Assembly (NCBI GenBank): GCA_977017645.1
Contig: OZ360242.1
Coordinates: 49,290,001-49,354,000, forward strand
Length of the DNA stretch: 64,000 nt
From: Torpedo marmorata
Taxonomy: Eukaryota
Direction: 5' to 3'
A program made the translations under genes and the position numbers. The notes beneath the pieces were generated by a model. The model saw only the letters and a program-made list of their open reading frames with translations. It searched no databases and was not told where the DNA came from. Positions 24,966-36,256 of the stretch are shown here, in pieces. Each line of letters opens with the position of its first letter. Position 1 is the stretch's first letter.

Positions 24966-25955
24966 TCACCTTTCCTTTCCAGACTCTCATATTAATTGTT
25001 GTAGTTGGTCTTTGGTTACTGCTTCTCTCCAAAGCAGCATCATTAACCATCCTCAAGAAGCAGCCTGTGATCCCTCTGTTTCAAGCATTGTTCTGACAAA
25101 TGAACAGGCAGTCTGCTAAATATCAGCTAAAATCTATAGTTGACCTGAGATATTTACTTCAGTATAACCCATGGTCACTGTGAAAATTGGCAGTTGTTTA
25201 TTAGTTCTGCTATTCAATTTAGGAATTACACCTTGCATTATAGTGGAGCAAAAAGTACTTTTATCTGTCTCTGTGAAGAGAGAAGTGTAAATAATGTTTG
25301 TGGGACCTGAGAGCTAAAAGCGTATTCAGAGGCAGGAGAGTACAGGGAGAGAAGATTCTGAAGCCGGCTGTAGGGAAGAATGTAGAGGATTTCTTTTCAT
25401 TTAAGGAAACTAATTTAATTTTTTTTTTTAAGGGATTTGAGTTAATTATTTGTATGGGTATGAGTTGTTCCCAACTGAACAGAGTAAATTTGATTTGTAT
25501 GTAGCCCTGTGTAAAACAAGCCTAACAATTTATAAAAAGGCATGTTTCACTCTTTAAGATCTCCACTGTTCAAGAAATACATTTACAAAAGACATGATCA
25601 ACCAGTTATGTTCATTAGGAGGTGTTCTGGGATTTATGAGTGTTTCTGTCTCAGTTTCATGGTCACACAGCTAGATTTTGCTGTAGGATGGGTATGTGTT
25701 CCTGTCCTAAGCAAGTATTATGGATTTGGCTCTAAAGTAGTCTACTATGTCATTTCAATGGGCAGGTGGTAGCCATACCAATCCAATGGATAGTTATTGA
25801 CGTTGAGCCAGGTGAAATTGCATGTGAGGGCAAGAAAATAACAATTCTTTCCAGTGTTACCAATAATGGGAAATGTGCACAGAATTCTATTATGTACTTC
25901 TGTGTGCCCAAATGATGATTTTCTATTAAATAATGAATTGGATAAAGTTTGATAA

Positions 25956-26156
25956 AAACACAAGGACTACAGATGCTGGAATCTTGAGCAAACAAGGAAT
26001 TGCTGGAGGATCTCAGTGGGTCAGACAGCATCTATAGGTAGAAATGGTCAGTCATTTTTTTGGGTCAAGACCCTTTATCGATAAAAGGGTCAAAACCCTT
26101 CATCTATCCATAGATCCTATCTGATCTGCTGAGTTCCTCCAGCAATTCTTGCTTTG
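25956..26156. mobile_element. Palindromic Penelope-pLTR-derived element
   Basis: aaggaattgctggaggatctcagtgggtcagacagcatctat ... ccctttatcgataaaaggg (centre) ... atagatcctatctgatctgctgagttcctccagcaattctt. Confidence 0.7.
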
Positions 26157-26469
26157 ATAAGTCTTGAAATTACTTCTGAATGAATTGGCTATCAAATTTA
26201 TCATTAGTTTTTAAAAATAGCCTGCTACATTTTGCTGTTAATGAACTTCCTTGTGAAGCAAATGATTGGCCACATGGACTTACCAATTTTTTTTGCTTTT
26301 CTGTGGTATGGGGCATCGCTGACATGAGTACATTATTTGAGATTTGAGTCATCCAGATTACAATGAATCTGGAGTTGCATGTAGGACTGATTGGGTTAAG
26401 ATGAGCGATTTTCTTCCCTATGGAATTCTAATAACTGACCATTACTCTTGCTAATTTCATTCTTTTTAA

Positions 26470-26687
26470 ATTCTATACCAATCCCTCCACCATAAGACTC
26501 CTCAACAACAAACTCAATCAGGGACTCTTACTTTTGCACTTTATTGATTTTTTTTTCTCTTCTGTATTGCAAAGTCAGTTTTTTTTGCAGTACCAATAAA
26601 TGGTAATTCTGCCTCACCTGCAGGAAACAGAATCTTAGGGTTGTATGTGATGTCATGTGTGTACTCTGACAATAAATCTGAAATCTG
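26470..26687 (+). mobile_element. Rex1/Babar-type LINE 3' tail (second family)
   Basis: ccctccaccataagactcctcaac (PSTIRLLN-like) ... tgacaataaatctgaaatctg. Confidence 0.6.
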
Positions 26688-26911
26688 TGGCCCTTACAGG
26701 ATCTGAACTAGTGTCTCAGGACTTCTAATGCTACCTCTGCATTGTTATCTAAATATTTAATCATTATATTATTGTTTTAGTATCATTTCATGTCTAAGGA
26801 TTCCTTTAAGTATTTATTAAAATGTCTACTACCCCCACCTCAAAATTTTGAGACTGAACCTGAAAATATTTATCCTGTTAATTAATGACTCTACTGGCCT
26901 TTGTTGTACAG

Positions 26912-27943
26912 GTGGCAGAGCTAAAGTTGGAATTGAAGCTGCGAGGCCTTCCAGTGTCTGGTACTAAAATCGACCTTGTAGAGAGACTGAAATCCTACCA
27001 GGACCTAAACAACACCCCTGTTGCCACGGCAGTAGTAACCGTCTCCACCTCTACCATTACAAGAAATCACACAACTTCGACTTTTCCGAGTGCTGCTCTT
27101 AGTAGTGCCACAATGACCACAGCGGCAGCCTTTACAGCAATGTCAAGTAATCAACAGCTTCATGAGAATTCAGTCTCGCCAACTCCCACCTCTCCATCTC
27201 CTTCAGAGCAATCAAACCTGAGTACCGATGACAGCAATCTCACAGATATGTTTACTGAACTGGTGACCATGGTGTCTCCCTCACAGCTTGCAATCCGCAC
27301 TTCCTCTGTGAATATGACAGTCAATGAAGACAACATAGGGGCGGGCATCGGTGCAAGTAATGCTGCTGCCCAACGTGTTGATTTATCAAGTGCAGACATT
27401 GATGTCACTGAGAAGGACCGAAAGCTGCAAGAGAAGGAGAGGCAGATTGTCGACCTCAAAAGAAAGCTGGAGCATGAACAAAAGTTGGTGGAAGAATTGA
27501 AGATTCAGTTGGAAATTGAGAAACGATGCCAGCATCAACAATCGGTGAGTGTGAATCAGAAGCATTTGAACCCTTCAATCAAAGAAGAAAGCACTCTCTC
27601 CAACTATCCTAATTCAAGGCAGCCCATGGCTGTTCCCAACCTGTCCTTGGGCCTACCAACCAATACTAATGCTGGGACACACAGCCAGAATGACATGAAG
27701 GGAAAGACCATGCTTATGAAACAAGAAGGGCCAGTATTGGCTACTGAGCAACAGATTGCAGTCTCACAGTTTTACATAAATTCAAGACAAACGCCAACTA
27801 CTGTCATTGCTCCGGCTCAACCTCATGCTTTAGTGACCACTCAGACAGGAACTCAGCTTTTGCTTCCGTTGGCTATTCAAGTACAGAATTCCAACGTTTC
27901 CAGTGACTCTCAGCACTTACAAACAGGAAATGTTAAATCACAG
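26912..27943 (+). CDS. MRTFB: MRTFB large exon: SAP domain and leucine zipper
   Basis: ttgtacag|GTG...CAG|gtttgg, 1032 nt. VAELKLELKLRGLPVSGTKIDLVERLK (SAP) and EKDRKLQEKERQIVDLKRKLEHEQKLVEELKIQLEIEKR (LZ). Confidence 0.97.
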
Positions 27944-28131
27944 GTTTGGATTTTGTATTGTATCTGCTTGCTGTGTGTTGAACATTCTTCAGCTTGCAGG
28001 AAAATGTGATACCCTTTTCAATTAAAAAGACTGTCTTAAATTAGTTAAAATAGAATAATCTATTTTCAGGCTTCGTATAGACCAGTAAAAATGTATTATA
28101 AATTCAAGTGCTGGATTATTCCCACAATTAT

Positions 28132-28355
28132 AAATTTAAATTAATTTAGAAATACAGCACAGTAACAGTCTCGTCCGGCCCACGAGCCCATGCTGCCCTA
28201 ATACCCCAATTAACCTACAAACCCTGTATGTTTTGAAGGGTGAGAGGAAACCCATGCAGACATAGGGAAAACATACAAACTCCTTACAGAAAGTGCCAAA
28301 TTTGAACCCAAGTCGCTGGCACTGTAATAGCGTAGCGGTTAGCGCAACGCTAACA
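28132..28355 (-). mobile_element. tRNA-derived V-SINE-like element
   Basis: Reverse complement of the 8930-9170 family. Confidence 0.85.
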
Positions 28356-28827
28356 AAATCACAAAATTGGGACACCTTTAAGAAATTATTGTCATGGTTT
28401 TCTCTTCCAGAATGACCAGTGTGTTTCAATTTTAATGCTGCTTTCTAGACAGGCAGCCATGGGTCAAAGCATTTTACAAGCTCTCCCCACAGCACGTTGT
28501 GGAAGGAGGGTAATGGCTGATGGATCTCCTGGGAGAAGACTCCCCTGATTATAGAACGGGACCAATGGTGCTCAGTGATCACTTTGGCTCTGAAGTCCCT
28601 TGATTAGTGGTAGCTTTTGGGTCCACAGGTCAAAGGATCTGAGAACTATATTTACTAGTTCACGGATGCCATGATCTTCACTGAGGCCTGATTCTTTTTT
28701 CGTATAAAGAAACATCAGGGGCTTACTTTAAATTACACACAGTTGAGTATTTTAAATGTGATGTATTCCTCTGTTTATCATGTATATTTATAAAGGCAGT
28801 AAATCGTGTTTGATGCAAATATTATCA

Positions 28828-29735
28828 TTATAGAGTCCATGGAAACACACTCGTTGGCCCAACTCATCCGAGCTAGTTCTATTTGGCTGCATTTAACCCA
28901 TATTCCCCCTAAACCTTTCCTATCAATGTACCTGTCCAGATGTCTTTTAAATGTTGCAGTTGTACCTGCCTCCACCACTTCCTCTGGCAGCTCATTTCAT
29001 ATACTCATCACCATCTATGGAAAATCTTGCTCATGAGATCCCCTTTAAACCAACTTTTAGATTCTCCTACCCTGGAAAATTGACTGTGACCATTCACCTT
29101 TGCAATGCCTCTCATGATTTTGTACTAGGTCATCTCTTGGCCTGTGGGGTGCAAAAAAGGTCCCACCCTATTCAGTATCTCTTGTACTTTCAGCAGAATA
29201 GTCTCAGCAACATCCTTGTGAATCTTTTCTGCACCCTTTTCAACTTAATACTATCCTTCCTATTAGCTAGGAGACCAGCACTACACACAATAGTCCAAGT
29301 GCTGTCTCATCAACATCATGCACAGCTGTAACACGATGTCCCATCTCTTGTGCTCAGTGCCCTGTCCGATGAAGACAAAGTGTGCCAAACGCCTTCTTCA
29401 CCTCCATCTCCCCATGTCGCCACTTTCAGGGAACTATGTACATGCACTCCAAGGCCCTCTGTTCCACAACAATCTCCAGGGACTGCCATTTACTGTGTAT
29501 TAGGTTTAACTTGCCAAAATGCAACACTGCTTTAATAATTTGCTTCTTAAATTAAGGTGCAACGTTAGCCACCCTCCAGTACCTCACCCATGGCTCATGA
29601 TGTTGCAAATATTTCTGCAGGGCCCCAGCAATCTTTTTTCCCTGGCTTCCCACAATGTCCTAGGATACACTTGGTCAGGCCCTGGAGAGGTATCCACCTT
29701 TATGAGCTTTCAGACCACCAGCACCTGCTCTTTTG
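28828..29735 (-). mobile_element. Degraded CR1 fragments
   Basis: cctgtccagatgtcttttaaatgttgcagttgtacctgcctccaccacttcctctggcagctc; gtgaatcttttctgcaccc; accagcactacacacaatagtcc - typical reverse-strand CR1. Confidence 0.7.
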
Positions 29736-30032
29736 TAATGTTTCTTTTGATGTGTTTCAAGACATCACTATTCTCTCCATGGATACTCTAGTTTCCATGA
29801 CCTTATGTAAATAAGCCTCTCATGCTGATGTTATGGTCAAATGTGCAAAATACAATGGGGAAATGAAATCTATGGGAGGGTGAATAGTGGTATTCAAAGA
29901 CATGGATTACTTGAATGTAACCAAATGAGACAGTCCTGTTGTAATACTGGTTTTGAACTGATTTGGGTGAGATGTTGGTGTATAATAAATAGGTCACTTT
30001 TCTCTGACAACCTGTGAATGTTTATGTTGCAG

Positions 30033-30167
30033 TCTCATTCACAAACCCAAGCACCTACACCAGTACCTGTCTCTGCACCTGCACAGACCTCAGGCTCTCC
30101 AAAGCAACCACAAACACAAGATCCTGCATCCCAGCGTAATTTGACCCAGAATGCACAGATGCGAAAG
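30033..30167 (+). CDS. MRTFB: MRTFB coding exon (Pro/Gln-rich)
   Basis: gttgcag|...|gtttgt, 135 nt, phase 0/0. SHSQTQAPTPVPVSAPAQ...TQNAQMRK. Confidence 0.82.
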
Positions 30168-32091
30168 GTTTGTAATGTCAACAAACTTGGGCAGCATTGG
30201 AGTACAGTAAGTGGCATTGTTCTGAGTTATAAAACAGACAGATACGATTCTTATTTTCCCAGGTGAAATGCTGTTATTACAAACTTGCATTCAAGGGCCT
30301 CTCTTTGCAGTTACAAATCAAACAATCTATCCATTTCCAGTCCCATTACTATTTTGATTAGTTCAGTCCATTCGCTACCTTCCCCCATTCTACAAACTGA
30401 TCTATGCTTCTCCAAAATGAATTGGTTGAATATTAAAGCATGTTTGGGTAACTAAGATCTTTTAAAAGTAGATGTCATTCACATTCAGTATTACCTACTA
30501 TGTTACAGAATCAAATCTGAGCACAATATTCTTAAAATCCTAAACAAGGTGATATACACGAACCATATAGTTGCATTTGTTTTGTATTTGGTGGAATTCT
30601 GACCTGCCATGTACCAGCTTATCTTGAAGTAATAGATGGAAAGCACAGCACAACCCCACTGAACTCCCAAAAGAGCTCGGATACCTTTCCCACCAGTCAG
30701 TCCCATGCTGCATTGATCTTTTGGGTTCAAGTGACAACTTGCATGAGCACCCTTTGCACTTGATGGCTATGCTTTTGTTAAAGGCACAGTACCAAAAAAA
30801 AGAGGATTTTTCCAAGCATTTGATGACCTGAGCAGACACGTTAAATCATGGCATCTGCAAGTCCATCTAGGTAGATTTCACGCAAAGTATCTTAATGTCA
30901 CAGGACCACCTTTATCTGATTTCCTTCTATTCAGTGCATGCTTTTTTTATCATGTAATATCTCATAACAAACTTCTGACTTCCACTGTTGCTATTAGGAG
31001 AGACATCTGATCTGTGACCCTGTCCTTTTCTCAGGGATCATTGTTGAATAGTGTTACCAGAATTTCTGTGTTGGCTTGAAAATGAATGCAAACATCAGAG
31101 CAAACTGGAAGAAGAATACCTGTTTAACACTTGGTATACCCTAATTACATATTCTATTAATTTCATTTGACTTTTGTAGTAGAGTAATTGCAGTTACAGA
31201 AGTACATAGGAAACAAGATCATATTCTAATTTGGGCATGAATTTGTACTGATCAAAGGAGAGTTAAATGAAACATTTCTAGTTATTGAACAGCTCTGTGT
31301 ATCTTAGCTTTTGTATCAGAAGCTTACCTTGTACCCTATTTACAACTGCCTTTGTTATATCAGCCCCATTGGTGTTCCTTGCACCTATTGACCATTGCAA
31401 TTTGAACGTTCACTTCGGGAATGCCTCTAATTCATCAGACAGTGAGGATCTTGCAGACATCTGAAGCTGTACTTGGTCGGCTGCAGTCCTCAAAAAATGC
31501 TGATTCATACATGATAGCCAGTCACAGTTCTCTCAGGATCGTTTGGCCATACACAACTTGTATAGCAGAAACCGAAAACCCTCGCCATTGTATTATTATT
31601 CCATCTTCTGGTCTTGTTATTTTCAGGGCTTTTTTCATCTACTCCATGTATGTTGTGAAGACAGGTTTTCAGGGAAACCTGCTATCTATTCTGTACCCAA
31701 TTATATGTTTCTAACTTGGCTGTTAGAATCTGAGTGCAAGCATGTTTTTTTCTTGCAGTTTGTATAACCTACTTGGGCCAGGTTCTTGACGAAAATAGTA
31801 CATTTTCAACATAGCAAAATTAGGATTACTCACTGTTATGTTCTCCATTTTAGTCATAAAACACGATTCATTAGTCAATTAATTACATTGCAAATTCTTG
31901 AACCCTAACATAGAAATTGTTCTAGTTTCAAGATTTACCAAGTTTCCAATTACTGACAGTAAAATAAGATGCACGTTTAAATGTTCCAAATCTCATTTAT
32001 GGAAGGAAGATTTGTTATGCTTAGTATTTTGACTTAATAGGAATAATATGTTCAGTCCTAAGACTACCTGAATGAGTTTTATAAATTTCAG

Positions 32092-32244
32092 GTTTTTACA
32101 TCAAAGCCAAGTGTATTTCCAAACCACATTCAAACCGCAGCACCAGTACAGCAGTGTGTCATAAACACTTCAGCAGGTAATGTGCTTCAATCAAGGACAA
32201 GCAGTATTAATTCCCTTTGCGATGGATCCAGCTCAACACAAAAG
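32092..32244 (+). CDS. MRTFB: MRTFB coding exon
   Basis: tttcag|...|gtaatt, 153 nt. VFTSKPSVFPNHIQTAAPVQQCVINTSAGNVLQSR... resembles MRTFB VFT...VQQ..IN....VLQSR. Confidence 0.85.
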
Positions 32245-32631
32245 GTAATTTCAGAACCAAAATGAAATCATCAGAGAAAGCAGTGTCAGATTTCCATATT
32301 TTATTTTTTTAGCTGTACTGTTAAATGTTTCCTACTTTATCTCATTGGAACAGTGGTTTTGGTTTCTGTTATGTACTAAATTAATCATCACCTATGGACC
32401 TGTTTTAATATCAGTTGTATTAATCTTTTAAAAACATAAGTTGCCTGAAAATCTAAATAAAAAACTGGAAATGCTTGAAATCTGGAATAGGAATAGAAAA
32501 TCCAGAATTTTAGATGTCAGCCTCCAGATCTTTTCTTTCATTCGGGGCAGCAATATTAGCTATAGTTTACTTTGAAAACAACAGTTCCATTGAATTTGGA
32601 CTTATCACTGCAGTTTGCTTTACCTTAACTA

Positions 32632-32795
32632 CAGTAAAACCCCTGTTATCCAGAATTCAAACAACCGAAAAAAAAATTACGGAAGTTTAAAATTGGTATG
32701 CCTTGCTGTTAGTTCGCCAATCACAAGCAACTGGAAAATTCACTTATCAGGCATCTATCAATCCCTAGAGGTGCCGGATACCAGGGCTTTTACTG
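32632..32795. mobile_element. Tigger/pogo-type MITE, TA TSD
   Basis: ta|cagtaaaacccctgttatcc ... ggataccagggcttttactg|ta. Shorter relative of 18455-18681. Confidence 0.85.
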
Positions 32796-33131
32796 TATAT
32801 TTTAAAAAAGAGCTCAAAATTTTCTCTCTGCACTATTTTTTGAAAACTTTAAAGGAAATTAAGTAGTGGAGTATTCAGGAGGGCATTGATTATCTCCGGT
32901 CCATTCATTGGGTCCACAGATGCCCATGAGACTGCCTAAGAAAATAATGTGTATATTACATTTGTTTGTTATGTTTTGTGTAATGTAGTCAACAGCTTGT
33001 TGAGGTAAATACTTTAATGTTTATTATGAGAAATGATTGCATTTCCACACAATGTGTTGATTGAAGAACATTTCTATAAAGTAATATTTATTCCTAAATA
33101 ATATACTCCTGAATTTTATCCACATCTCCAG

Positions 33132-33275
33132 TCTGGACCATCGACTTCCCCATCTCGGTCCCAGCAACCATTTCCAGTCCACTCCCCGGTCTTGAGCAAC
33201 TCTGTTTCAAAGACCAAAGATCCTCCTCGATATGAGGAGGCAATCAAGCAGACTCGCAATCTGAAACAGCAGGAG
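33132..33275 (+). CDS. MRTFB: MRTFB coding exon with PPxY motif
   Basis: tctccag|...|gtaaga, 144 nt. ...SKTKDPPRYEEAIKQTR matches MRTFB KTKDPPRYEEAIKQTR. Confidence 0.94.
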
Positions 33276-33597
33276 GTAAGAAGCATCCCATAATCAGTCA
33301 AGTGCTGTTAATTGGCTTACAATCTAATGTTAAGTATTGGGGTAAATATTACTGTTAAAACAATACTTTGAAGGATAGAAGAGAGATACAGCTAGTCATT
33401 CGAGGAAAGAAACAGATTTGCAGCTGGTTTATTTAAATAGTGCTGTGTAAACTGATTAATTGAAAACAAAGCCAACGTTTTTGAAAAACAGGCTGCTATG
33501 AATCAGAGGAAGCTGCTCCCTCACCTTTACCCCCTTAGCACAAGGAGCCTTTGGCCTCAAGTAAGATTGGAGTGCCAGAAACGACATTGCCTGAACA

Positions 33598-33727
33598 ATT
33601 CTGTCTGTAAGAAGTTTGTACATTCTCCCAGTGTCTGCGTGGGTTTCCTCCCACCCTTCAAAACGTATGGGGTTGTAGGTTCATTGGGCGGCACGGGCTG
33701 GTACCATGCTGTATGTCTAAATTTATT
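33598..33727 (+). mobile_element. Partial V-SINE-like element
   Basis: ctgtctgtaagaagtttgtacattctccc...gctgtatgtctaaattt. Confidence 0.75.
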
Positions 33728-33741
33728 TGAACTCTTCAGGT

Positions 33742-34446
33742 TTCAGAATCATAATCTATTGTCATGAAATTCGGTGTTTTGCGGCAGCATCAGAGTGCAA
33801 ACATTCATATTATAACCATCTTATGACATTACTATAAAAATATATATAAATAATAGCGCACGAAAAGTAAGGCAGTGTCTGGTTCATTGATTATTCAGGA
33901 ATCTTATGGCAGCAGGGAAGAAGCTGTCCTTGTGCCGTTGAGTGCTCGTCTTTAGGCTCCTGTACCTTTTTCCCGATGGTAGCAGAGTGAAGAGGGCATG
34001 GCCTGGGTGGTGGGGGTCTTTGAGAACAGAGGCTGCTTTTTTAAGACACCGCCTTGTGTAGATGTCCTCGATGGAGTGAAGTCTGGTGCCTGTGATGTCA
34101 CAGGCCGAGTTAACAACCCTCTGGAGTTTATTCTTGTCCTGAGAGTTGGCGCCTCCATACCAGGCAGTGATGCAACCAGCCAGAATGCTCTCCACGGTAC
34201 ACCTGTAGAAGTTTACGAGAGTCTTCGGTGACAGACCGAATCTCCTCAGACACCTCACAAAGTATAGCCGCTGGCGAGCCTTCTTTGTGATTGCATCAAC
34301 GTGGAGGCTCCAGGACAGATCCTCGGAGATGTTGACACCCAGGAATTTGAAGTTCTTGACCCTCTCCACTACTGAGGACTGGGTCGTGTTCCCCTGACTT
34401 CCTCCTGAAGTCCACAATCATCTCATTGGTTTTGCTGACGTTGAGC
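33742..34446 (-). mobile_element. Rex1/Babar LINE 3' portion
   Basis: ORF 33884-34417 (VERVKNFKFLGV...KKARQRLYF...LLPSGKRYRSLKT...SFFPAAIRFLN). Same family as 16275. Confidence 0.9.
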
Positions 34447-34712
34447 TTTTGAAGTAAAAGCAAATTGAGAACTCATCAGAAAATTCATCATACGAAGTAC
34501 AACTGGCAAATTTATTGGACTTGTAGGTAGTTAGAGACACAGTCCTTTTAATTAATTAAGAAGCACTTGAATGTTGTGCTGGGGAAGGTAAAGTAATTTT
34601 CCTCATCTGTATTTATTGAGATTGTGAAGTTGACTTCCAATTTTACAGTACGTGAACAAAAAAAAACTAAGAATACAGTGAGAGTAAACTAATTAAACTT
34701 TGTATTTTTAAG

Positions 34713-34773
34713 GTGTTCAATGCACACAGTCAGCAGATGGATGACCTTTTTGATATCCTAATTGAAAGTGGAG
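34713..34773 (+). CDS. MRTFB: MRTFB small coding exon
   Basis: tttttaag|...G|gtaatg, 61 nt. VFNAHSQQMDDLFDILIESG(E) is a conserved myocardin-family motif. Confidence 0.95.
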
Positions 34774-34840
34774 GTAATGTGGATTAAATATATTGATGTC
34801 AGGATCTGACATAGCAGATACATAGGAAAGTACCCGATAA

Positions 34841-35062
34841 AGGGTGGCATAGTTAGCGCAACGCTGTTACAGCGACCCGGGTTTGAATCCGCCGCTGTCT
34901 GTAATGAGTTTGTACGTTCTACTCGTGTCTGCGTGGGTTTCCTCCCACCCTTCACAATGTGAGGGTATTGTAGGTTAATTTGGTGTATTTGGGCGGCAGG
35001 GGCACGTGGGCCTGTTACCATGCTGTATGTCTAAATTAAATTTTAAAATTAAAATTAAATTA
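34841..35062 (+). mobile_element. tRNA-derived V-SINE-like element
   Basis: Same family as 8930-9170. Confidence 0.85.
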
Positions 35063-35738
35063 AAGAGATTAGATTACTTGTCTCAGTATGGTCGTCTTCA
35101 ATCTTTAAATAAATATCTCACTATATTATTGAACTCCTATTTGGTCAACTTCCACTTAAACTTAACTGGGATTCGAGTGAATAGATGAATCTATCATTTA
35201 TGTTTCATAATTAGATGTAAGAGTAGTTACCCCCAAAAGGATAAAATGATGTTTGAGTATATAAACTATGAAAAAAAATAGCCAGTGTATTTGACATTAA
35301 AACATCTGTAAAAGCATGATGCTTGTCCAACCCTTTTAATAATGTAGGCAACTCCAGCACTCGCATCATGAAGTCATCCATGTGGGCAGCTGCTTTCATT
35401 GATTCATGTCATAATTGTAATCTCATTTCAGTTCATGACATTATGATTTTCTGAAATCATATGATAATTAGAGCAATCATTCATAGATTAGGAAAGAAAT
35501 AAGGATTTTCTGTTGTACTTCTCAATGGTTACTTCTAATTTTTTTTCCTTATGTTTTGCAAGTTCCTATTTTGCCAAATTATGGAAATAAGTGCACTATT
35601 GGAAGCATGTGCTATAGTCACTCAAACTGTGAACATCTTCAATTTAGTTATTTCTCAATTACCTTAAACAGCAGAATCAATAAATATCTTTCTCTTGTCC
35701 TGATGATTCTAACTTTACCATCTTTTGTTGTGTAACAG

Positions 35739-36256
35739 AGATTTCACCAATTGTCAAGGAAGAATCATTGCCTGCTACAAAGATGAGAGCTGTTGTTGCT
35801 AATATCTCTTCGTTGCCTGTAAATGCAGCATTTTCTCGTCCACCACCACAAGTTCAGATGGCTCCTCTGCCATTATCACTAGAATCAACAAATAATCTCA
35901 CAATTGGTTCAGAAAATCAACTGGAGGCCTTTCTGGGTGGTACATTGTCATCTGCTAACAATGTTCCTCCAATGACTGTCAACCAAGAGAGCTCAGAGTC
36001 CCTTTCCTTAATGGAGGATCTTCAGAATGATCTACTCAATACATCCAGCATTCTGGATCAGAATCATTCTGTTATTGACCCCTGTGACATGCATTTCTCT
36101 GCAGAAAATTCTTGCCTGACCTTGGACAATATGGATTGGCTGGATCTGACAATGCCAGGTTCAATGACAGGACTCACTCCTGTTAATAGTGCTACTCCTA
36201 GTGTATTTTCCACTGATTTTCTGGATGGTCATGATTTTCAGCTACATTGGGAGTGA
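35739..36256 (+). CDS. MRTFB: MRTFB last coding exon (transactivation domain)
   Basis: gtaacag|AG ATT TCA completes the phase-1 codon. RPPPQVQMAP, NQLEAFL.GTL, LDNMDWLDLTMP, PSVFSTDFLDGHDFQLHWE*. Confidence 0.96.

Noticed and set aside
26885-28009. ORF-track start and end of the 374-aa ORF
   Set aside because: The true exon is 26912-27943; the flanking codons are intronic read-through. The same applies to the ORFs at 20952, 22947, 30018, 35768 and 51974.
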